Assembly: GCA_964592405.1 (NCBI GenBank) | Contig: CAZQBY010000008.1 | Coordinates: forward strand, 1 to 53,327 | Origin: an uncultured archaeon | Lineage (GTDB): Archaea; Altiarchaeota; Altiarchaeia; JAFGQM01 | Length of the DNA stretch: 53,327 bases | Direction of reading: 5' to 3' | Shown here: piece after piece, positions 25,753-36,189 of the stretch | Layout of the letters: each line of letters starts with the position of its first letter | Position numbering within the stretch: position 1 is the first letter of the stretch | The notes under the pieces: model-generated | What the model was told of the DNA's origin: nothing | The model's database searches: none | What the model saw: only the letters and a program-made list of their open reading frames with translations | Position numbers and translations under genes: made by a program

Positions 25753-27903
25753 CTAGGCATAGCTGGGATCCCCCATTCTGGCTTCTTTTAGGCGTTCCAT
25801 ATACTTCTCATATGAACTCACTTCACTTTTGCTTATGGATGCCTTGACTTTTTTTAGGGCATCAGCAAAGTGCGATTGAAGTACTCTCTTTCCTCCAGAT
25901 TCCATGGCAGCATAGGCTGCCTCCCTACATACTGCCTCTATGTCAGCCCCGGTGTAGCCCTCTGTGAGGAGGATCAGTTCATCAAGATTTATCTTTCCAA
26001 GTGGCATGTTTCTTGTATGGACATTGAAAATCTCTCTTCTAGCATCAGCATCCGGTGGCGGAACCAAAATTATATGGTCAAATCTGCCGGGCCGCAGGAG
26101 AGCAGGATCTATGAGATCAGGACGATTTGTTGCTGCCAGCACTACAACATTCTCAAGCCGTTCAATTCCATCCATCTCTGTCAGCATCTGGTTCAGAACC
26201 TGATCAGTTACACGGGAGGCTCCCAGACCGCGCACACCGGCTATTGCATCCACCTCATCAAAGAATATTATACATGGGCTCACTTGACGGGCCTTTCTGA
26301 AAATATTTCTAACAGCCTTCTCACTTTCCCCAACCCACATACTCAGCACCTCCGGACCCCGCACGCTTATGAAATTACATTCACTTTCTCCAGCAACAGC
26401 CTTTGCCAGAAGAGTCTTTCCACATCCGGGCGGACCATACAGCAGTATCCCCCTTGGGGGATTTATACCAAATTTTTTGAAGTCATGCGGATTCTTTATT
26501 GGTCCCTCAACAACCCTTACAAGCTTCTTTTTTATCTCTTTCAAGCCACCTACATCGTCCCACTTCACGTCTGGAATTTGTACAAGAACCTCCCTCATTG
26601 CGGATGGCTCTACACTCTTGAGTGCTTCTACAAAGTCTTCTTTCCTTACAACCAGTTTCTCCAGAACCTCCTCCGGAATCTCATCCTTCTCCAGGTCTAT
26701 CTCCGGCAGAACTCTTCTCAGGACTCCAAATGCAGCCTCTTTAACTAGGGCTGCTATGTCTGCACCAACAAAACCATGCAGAGAGTTTGCAATTTCATCC
26801 AACTTAACATTTCTCGCAAGCGGCATGTTCCTTGTATGTATCTGAAGTATCTCCTTTCTGCCCTCCCGGTCCGGAACCCCTATGGCAATCTCCCTGTCAA
26901 ATCTCCCCGGCCGCCTGAGAGCCATATCAAGATCCTCCTCCCTGTTCGTGGCACCTATGACTATGACATTTCCACGGGCCTCTAAGCCATCCATAAGAGT
27001 AAGTAACTGGGCTACAATCCTCTTTTCTACTTCTCCATGAACCTCCGATCTCTTCGGTGCTATGGCATCTATCTCGTCTATAAAGATTATTGAAGGCCCC
27101 TTATCCTGTGCTTCTTGGAATACCCTCCTTAGGTTCTGCTCTGATTGTCCATACCATTTACTAACAACTTCCGGCCCATTGATGACCATAAAGTTGGCAT
27201 CAACTTCACTGGCAACAGCCTTTGCCAGAAGAGTCTTTCCACATCCGGGCGGACCATACAGCAGTATTCCTTTCGGCGGCTCAATACCCAGTTTCTTAAA
27301 GAGTTCCGGATGCTTCATAGGCAGCTCGACCATCTCACGTATCTTTCTTATTTCCTTTCCCAACCCGCCGATGTCCTCATACGTAATCTTGGGCATCCTC
27401 TTTTCAGGAGTAATAGGCTTGCCCTTAACAGAAACTTGTGTGAACTCTGTTATAGTTACAATACCGCTTGGCTTGGTTTTGGTTACCAAAAACGGGATTG
27501 TGGAACCCAGCACGCCAACGACTATTCTGTCTCCCTGCACAAATACCCTTCCCATAAGACGATGTTTAAGATAATGATTGAAGTTTCCGGAGATTTTCAG
27601 GGTTTCACTGGGGGCGAACTCCACGCTTTGTGCCTCCTTGGGCAGTGCCCTCCTGATTATGACCTTATCTCCCAGAGATACCCCACAATTGAATCTTGTG
27701 AATCCATCCATACGAATGAGTCCAAGACCTTCGTCCTGTGGATGGCTTCTCCATACCATAGCTGCCGTGCTCTTTTTCCCCATTATCTCTATTACATCCC
27801 CACTGGACTGGTTGAGCTTTTCCATAATCCTGCTCTCAACACGGACTATCCCCCTGCCTACATCGTTCCTAAACGCTTCTGCTACCTTTAGTCTGATTGC
27901 CAT
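25753..27903 (-). CDS. cdc48: CDC48/VCP-family AAA+ ATPase
   Basis: N domain (DVGRGIVR), two AAA modules with [18 protein letters not shown] and RPGRFD. Confidence 0.97.
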   Translation of the reverse strand: MAIRLKVAEAFRNDVGRGIVRVESRIMEKLNQSSGDVIEIMGKKSTAAMVWRSHPQDEGLGLIRMDGFTRFNCGVSLGDKVIIRRALPKEAQSVEFAPSETLKISGNFNHYLKHRLMGRVFVQGDRIVVGVLGSTIPFLVTKTKPSGIVTITEFTQVSVKGKPITPEKRMPKITYEDIGGLGKEIRKIREMVELPMKHPELFKKLGIEPPKGILLYGPPGCGKTLLAKAVASEVDANFMVINGPEVVSKWYGQSEQNLRRVFQEAQDKGPSIIFIDEIDAIAPKRSEVHGEVEKRIVAQLLTLMDGLEARGNVIVIGATNREEDLDMALRRPGRFDREIAIGVPDREGRKEILQIHTRNMPLARNVKLDEIANSLHGFVGADIAALVKEAAFGVLRRVLPEIDLEKDEIPEEVLEKLVVRKEDFVEALKSVEPSAMREVLVQIPDVKWDDVGGLKEIKKKLVRVVEGPIKNPHDFKKFGINPPRGILLYGPPGCGKTLLAKAVAGESECNFISVRGPEVLSMWVGESEKAVRNIFRKARQVSPCIIFFDEVDAIAGVRGLGASRVTDQVLNQMLTEMDGIERLENVVVLAATNRPDLIDPALLRPGRFDHIILVPPPDADARREIFNVHTRNMPLGKINLDELILLTEGYTGADIEAVCREAAYAAMESGGKRVLQSHFADALKKVKASISKSEVSSYEKYMERLKEARMGDPSYA
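26393..27267. repeat. 56-bp perfect direct repeat within cdc48 (26393-26448 and 27212-27267)
   Basis: GCAACAGCCTTTGCCAGAAGAGTCTTTCCACATCCGGGCGGACCATACAGCAGTAT occurs in both Walker A regions. Confidence 0.92.
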
Positions 27904-27943
27904 AGGAACCCCATTTTAATTACCCTTTAGACAAATAAAAGCA

Positions 27944-28675
27944 ATGGTTGGGGGATTTGAGTTTAAGGACCTGACTAGCTTCCTGCCGAAGACCATAACA
28001 CAGATATATGGTGAGGCAGCCAGCGGCAAGACCAACCTGTGTCTCATAGCCACAGTTGAAACCGTGTGTTCCGGCAGAAAGGCCATATTCATAGACACTG
28101 AGGGCTCCTTCTCTATTCAGAGGTTCAGTCAGATAGCCGGCCAGGACGCTACAGAATTCCTAAAGAGAATAATCCTGGCAGAGCCTGCTGATTTCGATGA
28201 GCAGAAGATAGCTATCAACAAGCTTGAGGACCTTATGGCAGAGAACGATATAGGCCTTATAGTCGTTGATTCTCTTGTTTCGTTCTACCGCCTGGAGATG
28301 GGGTCCACTGAAGACCCCTATCTGACTAACCGCGAGCTCAGCAAGCAGCTCTCAAAATTGCTGAAGATTGCGAAGAAATACAAAATCCCGGTTGTAGTTA
28401 CAAATCAGGTTTATAAAAAATTCTCAAAAGATGGGGATGGCGGCGAGGTTATTCCAGTAGGCCGGGACGTCCTGAAGTACTGGAGCAAAGTAATAATAAA
28501 GCTGAGTAAAGGGCCGTTATATCGTACAGCCACCCTGATACGCCACAAATTCAGACCGGAGGGGCAGAGCATCCACTTCAGAATAACGCAAAAGGGCATC
28601 GAAAAAGTGGCGCGTATCCCGAACAGCGCGCCAGTTCTCAAAAACAAAGCAGGTCGGAGGGGAATCGGAAAATGA
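27944..28675 (+). CDS. radB: DNA repair and recombination protein RadB
   Basis: ITQIYGEAASGKTN, FIDTEG, VVDS, VVVTNQV; lacks the RadA N-terminal domain. Confidence 0.92.
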   Translation: MVGGFEFKDLTSFLPKTITQIYGEAASGKTNLCLIATVETVCSGRKAIFIDTEGSFSIQRFSQIAGQDATEFLKRIILAEPADFDEQKIAINKLEDLMAENDIGLIVVDSLVSFYRLEMGSTEDPYLTNRELSKQLSKLLKIAKKYKIPVVVTNQVYKKFSKDGDGGEVIPVGRDVLKYWSKVIIKLSKGPLYRTATLIRHKFRPEGQSIHFRITQKGIEKVARIPNSAPVLKNKAGRRGIGK

Positions 28676-29175
28676 AGGCACTGTTGATAATCGCACCACA
28701 GAACTTTAGGGATGAGGAATACTTTTATACAAAGGAGGAGCTGGAAAAGGCCGGTGTGGATGTCACTACAGCCAGCAGATCTACAGAGACTACAACAGGC
28801 ATGATGGGAGGGACTGCGAAGCCGGATATAAGCCTCAGTGAGGTCAATGTTGATGAGTATGATGCCGTGCTGTTCATTGGCGGCAGCGGTTCTGCAGTCT
28901 ACTTTAATAATGCAACAGCTCTTGATATAGCAAGGAAGGCAGATGCTGCTGGAAAAGTGGTGGGTGCAATCTGCATAGCACCATCTATTCTGGCCAATGC
29001 TGGATTGTTAAGGGGCAAAAGAGCCACAGCATATCCAAGTGAGGAAGCCAACCTGCGCGCAAAAGGGGCAGAATATACAGGAGAGGGAGTCACAGTTGAT
29101 GGCCGCATAATCACAGGAGACGGGCCAACATCTGCGCGTGAGTTTGGAAGAGCTGTTGTGCGCGTACTGGGATGA
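28672..29175 (+). CDS. DJ-1/PfpI family protein
   Basis: FRDEE, YDAVLFIGG, AICIAP nucleophile elbow, DGRIITG.GP. Confidence 0.92.
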   Translation: MKALLIIAPQNFRDEEYFYTKEELEKAGVDVTTASRSTETTTGMMGGTAKPDISLSEVNVDEYDAVLFIGGSGSAVYFNNATALDIARKADAAGKVVGAICIAPSILANAGLLRGKRATAYPSEEANLRAKGAEYTGEGVTVDGRIITGDGPTSAREFGRAVVRVLG

Positions 29176-29474
29176 CAGAAAAGGGCTGGAAGAAGCTCCG
29201 CAATGGAATAGAAATAAAACACCTGGCCAGAGATGATGCGCGCAACATACAAATAGATCTTATTAGGATAGCTCCCGGGTTGAAGGACTCTCCACACTGG
29301 CATGACAGCTGGGAGTGGGTATATATACTGGAGGGCGATCTTGTAGATGAGAGGGGCGTTCACAAAAAAGGTGATTTTCTGATAAACCAGAAAGACAGCA
29401 GACATCAGCCTGCCTCAGAGACTGGTTGCACAGCACTCATTGTCTGGTGTGGGAGCGTAAGGCAGGAGGCATAG
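29172..29474 (+). CDS. Cupin (ChrR-like) domain protein
   Basis: HWH...E.VYILEG...G.F......S.H.P...GC. Confidence 0.8.
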   Translation: MTEKGWKKLRNGIEIKHLARDDARNIQIDLIRIAPGLKDSPHWHDSWEWVYILEGDLVDERGVHKKGDFLINQKDSRHQPASETGCTALIVWCGSVRQEA

Positions 29475-29531
29475 GGCAGAAGCAAAAACTGTGAAAGAGA
29501 GAATGCGAAGCAGGAATGCGGGGCAGAGAAT

Positions 29532-31139
29532 CTAGCCTTCCAGCCTGAACCTCCTTTGAACAAATTTCTTGTCCAGACTTAGAATGAATGGAGCCGCACG
29601 CGGCCCACGCTCCTGGCCCAGCAGCACTGTATAGATGGCCTTAAACAACTTCGCAGGTTTTAGATTATTTTTTTCAGCAGTCTCAAATATCTTCTTGGCA
29701 TATTCTCTATCTGTCCAGCTTCTGTCGAGCAAATCTGCCAGCTCAGCGAGAGCCACCTTCTGTTTCTTTGAGAATTTTTTTGCCTCTTTCGGAACATGCT
29801 TCAACAGCGTGAACTGTTGTGCATGCTTGTTGGCCCAGGCTTCTGCCTTGGGTAGCAGCTCGTCAGTCCTTTCAGTCATCTCATAACCCAGTTTCCTCAG
29901 GACAGAGACAAGCCTTTCCCTGTCGTCCAAGCTGACCAGCTGGCTTATCATGGCGGCTATACTGTAGGGGACACGCTCTTCATAACTTGCCGGCGGCTTG
30001 CCGACGAGAACCATCTCATAAAGGCGCTTCATATTGGCCAGTTCCCTCTCATCAGTAACCTTCTCAATACCGTAATAAACTCTTTCTAGCTGGTCTAGTT
30101 CATCCATAAGCTTTGGGACATCGCTCCATTTAAAATCACGCGCCTTGGTTATGCGCTTGAGGAACAGGAGCCTAAGGGCCTCCGGGGGCGCTACAGCGAG
30201 CCAGTCCTTGGGATAGACAACATTACCTACAGATGCAGACATCTTGCTTCCGCCGCCAATAGTTATGTGCTCATAGAATATCGGAATAATTGCAGGATAA
30301 TCAAACACCTTTTCACATATATGGGCATTGACAAAGAATGCCGAATTTGGAACGACATACTCCTTGCCGGCCCCTTCTCCGACAACATCCCATCGCTTCC
30401 ATTGCGCCGCCCATTCACTTTTCCAGACAAGTTTGCCATTCCCCCCCTTTGGTATAACCTCCCCCTTATGACCACAGCCCTTGGCTGTTTCCACTTTGAA
30501 TTTGTAATCCTTGCACACGTATCTGACTTTACCGTCTTCATACCCGGTAATCTTTGTCGTCATTATCTTGCCGCAGTTTTCACATACGACCTGATAGGGG
30601 ATCCAGTCATCTGCAAGTGGTTCAGTTTTGAAATGGTTGATAATATCCCTTATCTGTCCCGCTTTTTCAAGGGCTGTCTTGATAATCTGATCAAAATTAC
30701 CCTTTCTGTATTCCTCACGCATTGAGAACTTCTTGGGCTCCTGTTCGACAAAATCTGATAGGACCTGAAAAAACTCACTTACATGGTGCTCTCCATAGTT
30801 CTTGTGGCAGCCCTGTGGATCGGGGATGTCTGTCACCGGCATGCCCAAGTATCGGCGGTATTCGGCAGGCACGCCCTTGGGTATCTTCCTAAGCGGATCC
30901 ATATCCTCTGCCACATAGATAAACCTGGCTTTTATCCCTCTGTCTCTCAGTGCACGATAGACAGCCTCGCCGCGGATGATATCTGTCAGCCGGCCAATGT
31001 GCAGAACACCAGAGAGTGAGGATGACGTCTTGATTGTTGGTTTCTTGGGCAGGAGGTATTTCTTATCCAGATAGGTATATCTCTCCCTCCCGATTATCCG
31101 TTCCGCAAACTGATCCGCCCAGAACAGGGACTCTCCCAT
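29532..31139 (-). CDS. lysS: Lysine--tRNA ligase, class I
   Basis: FWAD, SG.LHIG, CENCG zinc knuckle, GKL.WK.EW, KMSAS, GPR. Confidence 0.96.
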   Translation of the reverse strand: MGESLFWADQFAERIIGRERYTYLDKKYLLPKKPTIKTSSSLSGVLHIGRLTDIIRGEAVYRALRDRGIKARFIYVAEDMDPLRKIPKGVPAEYRRYLGMPVTDIPDPQGCHKNYGEHHVSEFFQVLSDFVEQEPKKFSMREEYRKGNFDQIIKTALEKAGQIRDIINHFKTEPLADDWIPYQVVCENCGKIMTTKITGYEDGKVRYVCKDYKFKVETAKGCGHKGEVIPKGGNGKLVWKSEWAAQWKRWDVVGEGAGKEYVVPNSAFFVNAHICEKVFDYPAIIPIFYEHITIGGGSKMSASVGNVVYPKDWLAVAPPEALRLLFLKRITKARDFKWSDVPKLMDELDQLERVYYGIEKVTDERELANMKRLYEMVLVGKPPASYEERVPYSIAAMISQLVSLDDRERLVSVLRKLGYEMTERTDELLPKAEAWANKHAQQFTLLKHVPKEAKKFSKKQKVALAELADLLDRSWTDREYAKKIFETAEKNNLKPAKLFKAIYTVLLGQERGPRAAPFILSLDKKFVQRRFRLEG

Positions 31140-31182
31140 AGTGTATTTAGCTGAAGCTAGGAAAAAAGGAAGAAGAAAGGGC

Positions 31183-32253
31183 TTACAGATAACCCTTCGC
31201 CTTTAGCAATTCGGCGTTGAGTATGCCTCCTCCGGCAGCTCCTCTTACTGTGTTGTGCGAGAGCCCCACAAACCTCCAGTCAAAGACGTTGCACTCGCGC
31301 AATCTCCCACAAATCACGGCCATACCCTTGTCCACATCCCTGTCAAGCCTCGGCTGTGGCCGGTCATCCTCCTCGCGGTAGATTATCGGTTGCTCCGGAG
31401 CAGTGGGAAGCCTGAGCTTCTGCGGCTCTGCCGTGAACTCCCTCCAAGCCCTCAAAATTTCATCCCTTTCGGGCTTCCTGTCAAACCTCACCGACACACA
31501 AGCAACATGACCATCGAGGACGGCGATTCTGTTGCAGTGAGCGCTAACCTTAGGCTTCTTCGCATATTCAAACTTGCCCTCATTAATCCTGCCCCATATC
31601 TTGAGTGGCTCCAACTCAGATTTTTTCTCCTCACCGCCGATGTATGGTATCATATTGTCAATGATGTCCCAACTTGATACTCCGGGATGCCCCGCACCTG
31701 AGACCGCCTGCAGGGTAGTGACAATTACCTCCTCAACACTGTAACCTCTCTGCAGGAGCGCATGTAATGGCGCCATGTACGACTGAACAGAACAATTTGG
31801 CTTAACGACGATGAACCCCTTATCCCAGCCGCGGTTCTTCTGCTGGATGGGGATAATATCAACATGGTCTGGGTTTATCTCTGGGATTACCATAGGAACA
31901 TCATCGGTGTGCCTGTGGGCCGATGCATTTGATACCACAGGTATTCCAGCCTCGGCATATCTATGTTCCCACTCCCTTGCCGGGCCCGAACCAAGTGCTG
32001 AGAATACAAAATCACATTTTTTGGCCTTTTCAACCTTTGTAACATCTTCAACCACGATATCCCTAACACTCTCCGGAATTTCGTCTTGCATGTGCCATCT
32101 GCCCCTGACTGCCTCGGCGTAGGTCTTGCCGGCGCTACGCTCGCTGGCGCACATGTATATCATCTCAAACCATGGGTGGTTCTCCAGGAGCGAAACATAC
32201 TTCTGGCCAACCATCCCGGTAGCCGCCAAGATACCTACTTTTAGTCGGTCCAT
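31183..32253 (-). CDS. asd: Aspartate-semialdehyde dehydrogenase
   Basis: ATGMVGQ, SNASAHR, PNCS, QAVSGAG, HNTVRGAAGG. Confidence 0.97.
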   Translation of the reverse strand: MDRLKVGILAATGMVGQKYVSLLENHPWFEMIYMCASERSAGKTYAEAVRGRWHMQDEIPESVRDIVVEDVTKVEKAKKCDFVFSALGSGPAREWEHRYAEAGIPVVSNASAHRHTDDVPMVIPEINPDHVDIIPIQQKNRGWDKGFIVVKPNCSVQSYMAPLHALLQRGYSVEEVIVTTLQAVSGAGHPGVSSWDIIDNMIPYIGGEEKKSELEPLKIWGRINEGKFEYAKKPKVSAHCNRIAVLDGHVACVSVRFDRKPERDEILRAWREFTAEPQKLRLPTAPEQPIIYREEDDRPQPRLDRDVDKGMAVICGRLRECNVFDWRFVGLSHNTVRGAAGGGILNAELLKAKGYL

Positions 32254-32274
32254 CTTTTCAGTTTTTTGTGAGAC

Positions 32275-33495
32275 CTACTTCTTCTCGAAGATAAGGGACA
32301 TTATCTCATAGGCAGTGTCCAGGTTTTTATAATCTACAAAAACCATTATCTGGCTCTTTGATGTTGTCACTTCCTTTATGTTGATTTTTGCATCCCCCAG
32401 TGCTCCAGTCAGTTTGCCCAGTGCTCCCGGTTCGTCTAGGAAGTCCGGGGAGGTCACATAAGCTAGGCCTATGCCCTTCGATGACGTCACTGAAACAACA
32501 GTGTTGTTCCCCAATAGGAAATTATGGAGAAGCTTGGTTGCTTTATCCACTTCATTCTCGTTAATGAAGTAGGTCATTGAATCCGGCGCAACCGTAACCC
32601 CCCAGATGTTTATATTCACATCCCCAAGTATCTTGGAGGTTCTTGCCAGAAGCCCTGCCTGCTCTACGAGGTTCTTACCCACCAAGGTTACACTACCCAA
32701 TGGGTCATCCTTCTTCCTAACCGATGTTTCCATAAACTCACCTTTTATTTCTGTTCCCTTAGCGCTCAAATCCATATATCTGTTGTTTACAATTTTGAGA
32801 GTCTGATGCTTACCCTTATAGATTAGCGAATCCCACTTCATAACCTTTGCACCGCCAACTGCGAGATCCCAAAGTACTGATACATCTATCTCCGGAATCA
32901 GGACTGCGTTATCCACGACTCTTGGATCGCCGCTGTAAACACCATCTACATCTGTCACAATGATAACCTCCTGAGCTTCAAGGCAGTTACCAAGGATGAC
33001 AGCGGTAGTGTCACTTCCTCCTCTGCCCATGGTTGTGATATCGCCGCTCTTGTCAACACCAACGAAACCGCACACAACGGGGACTATCCCCTCCTTCAAC
33101 AGTGGCACAAGACGTTTCTTTGCCAGTTCTTTTGTTTTCTCCATATCCACAGTTGCATTGGTGAATTTTGAGTTGGTTATAATCGGCCAGTTTTCCCCAC
33201 CCGGTTCAACATACACAGATTTGACACCCAGTGAATTTATAGCGGCCGACATAATTCTAACAGAAGTTCTTTCACCCATGGCGGCTATATCATCCTTCTG
33301 TTGGGGGCTGTACATACTCCCCGTGCTGATATCAAGTGCTTCCAAGAGAGCATTGGTGGTTTTGCCCATGGCTGAAACCACTACCACAACCTCATGACCC
33401 TTCTTGGCCTCCTTGACCACACTCCTAGCAGCATTGCGTATTTTCTCACCATCTGCAAGTGATGAGCCGCCAAACTTTACTACTATTCTCGCCAT
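32275..33495 (-). CDS. lysC: Aspartate kinase (with ACT domains)
   Basis: VVKFGGSS, VVSAMG, GRGGSDTTA, TDVDGVY..DPR. Confidence 0.95.
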   Translation of the reverse strand: MARIVVKFGGSSLADGEKIRNAARSVVKEAKKGHEVVVVVSAMGKTTNALLEALDISTGSMYSPQQKDDIAAMGERTSVRIMSAAINSLGVKSVYVEPGGENWPIITNSKFTNATVDMEKTKELAKKRLVPLLKEGIVPVVCGFVGVDKSGDITTMGRGGSDTTAVILGNCLEAQEVIIVTDVDGVYSGDPRVVDNAVLIPEIDVSVLWDLAVGGAKVMKWDSLIYKGKHQTLKIVNNRYMDLSAKGTEIKGEFMETSVRKKDDPLGSVTLVGKNLVEQAGLLARTSKILGDVNINIWGVTVAPDSMTYFINENEVDKATKLLHNFLLGNNTVVSVTSSKGIGLAYVTSPDFLDEPGALGKLTGALGDAKINIKEVTTSKSQIMVFVDYKNLDTAYEIMSLIFEKK

Positions 33496-33631
33496 GGAAA
33501 TTCTTGTAAATTTGCAGGGGGGCTTTTAAAAATATGCGTCATCCCTCCAACCTTTATCGGCCCACAAATCAGCCAGAATTTAATACAATAAAAAGGGAAA
33601 TACTTGACAGAGAAATGAACAAAAGTCAAAA

Positions 33632-34186
33632 ATGGCCAGCTCACAGGATGTAGATATGCGGCCGGAGGTCCACGTCCTTCGCCTCTCCCACAGAGCTGTG
33701 CGCGATAAGAGGGTAACCACGCATTTGGGACTGGTCGCCCGCGCCTTCGGAGCGCGCAGGCTGGTGGTTACAGGTACAAAAGATGAGCACCTAGTTAATT
33801 CCATCCAGCGGGTGGTGGCCTCATGGGGAGGGCCGTTCGACATAGCGTTTATCAGTGGATGGATGAAATTAATTAGAGATTACAAGAGCCGAGGCTTCAG
33901 AGTAGTCCATCTGACAATGTATGGGCTTCCTGTTCAGGACTACATGAGTGAGATTCGGAAAAGCGACAAAATCCTTGTCGTTCTCGGCGGAGAGAAGGTT
34001 CCCCCAGAAGCCTACCAGCTTGCGGATTACAATATCTCCATTACCTCCCAGCCACACTCTGAAATATCAGCGCTTGCCGTCTTTCTGGACAGATTGTTTG
34101 AGGGAAGGGAACTCAAGAAAAAATTCGAAAATGCAAGACAGGTGATTATTCCACAGGCTCGCAGCAAGTATGTTTTGAAGAAGTAA
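33632..34186 (+). CDS. trm56: tRNA (cytidine(56)-2'-O)-methyltransferase
   Basis: LRL.HR..RDKRVTTH.GL.ARAFGA, HLTMYG, EKVP, QPHSE; start could be 33656. Confidence 0.95.
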   Translation: MASSQDVDMRPEVHVLRLSHRAVRDKRVTTHLGLVARAFGARRLVVTGTKDEHLVNSIQRVVASWGGPFDIAFISGWMKLIRDYKSRGFRVVHLTMYGLPVQDYMSEIRKSDKILVVLGGEKVPPEAYQLADYNISITSQPHSEISALAVFLDRLFEGRELKKKFENARQVIIPQARSKYVLKK

Positions 34187-34234
34187 ACAATTTTTGAAAA
34201 ACATTTTAATTGAATGAATTTCTAATCTACTAAC

Positions 34235-34768
34235 ATGGGGGACAAAGACGACCTCATCTCTGAGATTCTTTACGAGATGGTCGGAAATGAGGGAATTAAA
34301 ATCATCAATTCACTGTCAAAGCCCGCCACCGACCTTCAGATACATGAACTCACCCAGATACCCATAACAAAGGTTCGTACTACTCTCAACCTCCTCCACA
34401 AATTCAACATTGTCTCATATAACTCTTCCCGCGATGAACACCGTGGATGGTTCAAATATACGTGGGAGCTCAAACACTACTGTATTGAGTCAAGTGTCAG
34501 AAACTTCCTCATCTCAAAGATTATGAAGCTTAAGCGGGAGTTTCAGGAGATAAACCAAGTTGATTTCTTCAAGTGTGAGAATGAATGTATAAGGTTCAAC
34601 TTCACAGATGCATATGACAAGAATTTCCGCTGCCCAAAGTGTAATGGAATGCTCAAGCCCGTTGATTGCATCTCCGAAAGCCGCCAGATAAAGAGGGAAA
34701 TATCCCAGATAAAAAAGATGATCGAGATGCTTGGTCCACTACCTGTTTCTTTACAAAATGTTGGATGA
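34235..34768 (+). CDS. tfe: Transcription factor E, alpha subunit
   Basis: Winged helix (TD..I...VR..L..L, GW..YTW) plus Zn ribbon C-x3-C...F.CP.C. Confidence 0.9.
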   Translation: MGDKDDLISEILYEMVGNEGIKIINSLSKPATDLQIHELTQIPITKVRTTLNLLHKFNIVSYNSSRDEHRGWFKYTWELKHYCIESSVRNFLISKIMKLKREFQEINQVDFFKCENECIRFNFTDAYDKNFRCPKCNGMLKPVDCISESRQIKREISQIKKMIEMLGPLPVSLQNVG

Positions 34769-35309
34769 GAGGGCTGCCCGGGACCTGCTTAAGACCCTAA
34801 AGGTTCCGAAGGAGGTTATGGAACATGCAGAGGTTGTGCACGAAACCTGTATGAACCTGTTAGATCTCCTGAGAGCGGCCAACCCGGCACTCAGAATAAA
34901 CAAGCGTCTTGTCTCGGTTGGTTCCCTGCTCCACGATATTGGGAGATCTAAGACGCACGGGATAGATCATGGGATCGTAGGCGCCCAGATATTACGGGAT
35001 CTAAACGTCAAGAATGATACTGATATCGAAAAGCTCGCAAAGATATGCGAGCGCCATGTTGGCGGGGGCATAAGCAGGAGTGAGGCAGTAAAACTTGGAC
35101 TTCCACCCGGCGACTACATACCCAAGACCATAGAAGAGAAGATAATATCCTATTGTGACAATATGGTGGATGATTCTGGTGGCACATCAGTGGTCCGTGA
35201 TCCAACTTGGGCGGCAGTTGACTATGAGAGGAAGCATGGCAAGAACAGTGAGCCGGCAAAGCGTGTCAGGGAACTGAACAAATTCTTTGAGAGGATACTA
35301 ACCAAATAA
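34758..35309 (+). CDS. HD/HDIG-domain metal-dependent phosphohydrolase
   Basis: H...V, LLHDIGRSKTHGIDHG..G, ERHVGGG, P.TIEEKII.YCD; adjacent to tfe/trm56. Confidence 0.88.
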   Translation: MLDERAARDLLKTLKVPKEVMEHAEVVHETCMNLLDLLRAANPALRINKRLVSVGSLLHDIGRSKTHGIDHGIVGAQILRDLNVKNDTDIEKLAKICERHVGGGISRSEAVKLGLPPGDYIPKTIEEKIISYCDNMVDDSGGTSVVRDPTWAAVDYERKHGKNSEPAKRVRELNKFFERILTK

Positions 35310-35331
35310 ATTTATCAATCCATAACCCGAA

Positions 35332-35940
35332 TCATACAACCAGCATCATCCCAAGCAGACAAGCGAACACAAAGCTGCATGTCCAGACTGCCGGACTCCA
35401 TTCCATGACCTGGGCTCCGTCCAGAGGGCCTACTGGAAGCAGGTTAAAGATTGCCAAGAGGATGTTAATATAGGCTGCCGACATGGCCCACACCCCGCCG
35501 GCAAGAATAAAAAACAGTGCTAGTATTATATTGGCCGTGGGGGCTGACAGGGATATTAATCCCCTCTCTCTGCTGTCAACCGTGCCGTCGGTTACCACAA
35601 AGCCGGGGGCTGCAAAGATAAACCTACCCCGTGTTATAATGGCAAAAGCAACAACTAGAACCAGTCCGATTTCCCAAAGCTTATAACGAGATTCAAGACC
35701 AAGAGACTGGGCGATGAACTTGTGCGCAAGCTCATGCCCGATTATGCCCAATACCAGCCCAAAGATTATGCCCTGATCAGAGATGCCAAACATATTGAAG
35801 GCCAGGACAATGGTAGCCATGGAGATAAGTATTGATACTATTTCAGTAGTGCTGAAGTGGAGGTGTGCCCTCCGCCTGAGTGGCCGGTGTATGGCGGGCT
35901 GAACGACAGGACCCACACTGGGTAGCACAGGTTGCTCCAT
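35332..35940 (-). CDS. M50 (site-2) family membrane zinc metalloprotease
   Basis: HELAHK, FAAPG, FNLLPVGPLDG. Confidence 0.9.
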   Translation of the reverse strand: MEQPVLPSVGPVVQPAIHRPLRRRAHLHFSTTEIVSILISMATIVLAFNMFGISDQGIIFGLVLGIIGHELAHKFIAQSLGLESRYKLWEIGLVLVVAFAIITRGRFIFAAPGFVVTDGTVDSRERGLISLSAPTANIILALFFILAGGVWAMSAAYINILLAIFNLLPVGPLDGAQVMEWSPAVWTCSFVFACLLGMMLVV

Positions 35941-35971
35941 AACTAATTAAGGTTGGAGACAAGAAAAAGGA

Positions 35972-36115
35972 TCAGTCATTCCTCCTCGAAGTTTTGCCAT
36001 AACCACACCTAACGCAATACTTTTTGCTGACGTTGAAACTCTTGCTACCGCAGCGTGGACAGTTCCTGTGGCCGTGCGTCTTCCTCGGTTTCCTCTGTTC
36101 CGGCATCTCGCCCAT
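35972..36115 (-). CDS. rpl37e: 50S ribosomal protein eL37 (47 aa; not in the ORF track)
   Basis: MGEMPEQRKPRKTHGHRNCPRCGSKSFNVSKKYCVRCGYGKTSRRND: H..C.RCG..S......C..CG[YF]G pattern. Confidence 0.85.
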   Translation of the reverse strand: MGEMPEQRKPRKTHGHRNCPRCGSKSFNVSKKYCVRCGYGKTSRRND

Positions 36116-36189
36116 TGCGGGTAATTTGAACTTATATCTAAAAAAGTATTATTAAGTGAAATATTATTAAGTGCAGGGAGTGCATGGAA

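Noticed and set aside
25870-27891. Long antisense ORFs opposite cdc48 (292 and 248 aa), and similar ones opposite galU, uxs, the ATPase and ftsY
   Set aside because: Shadow frames of well-conserved genes with no recognisable motifs; their shared peptide derives from the 56-bp repeat
25753-28675. Inteins in cdc48 or radB
   Set aside because: Protein lengths and motif spacing are normal, with no insertion or splice-junction motifs
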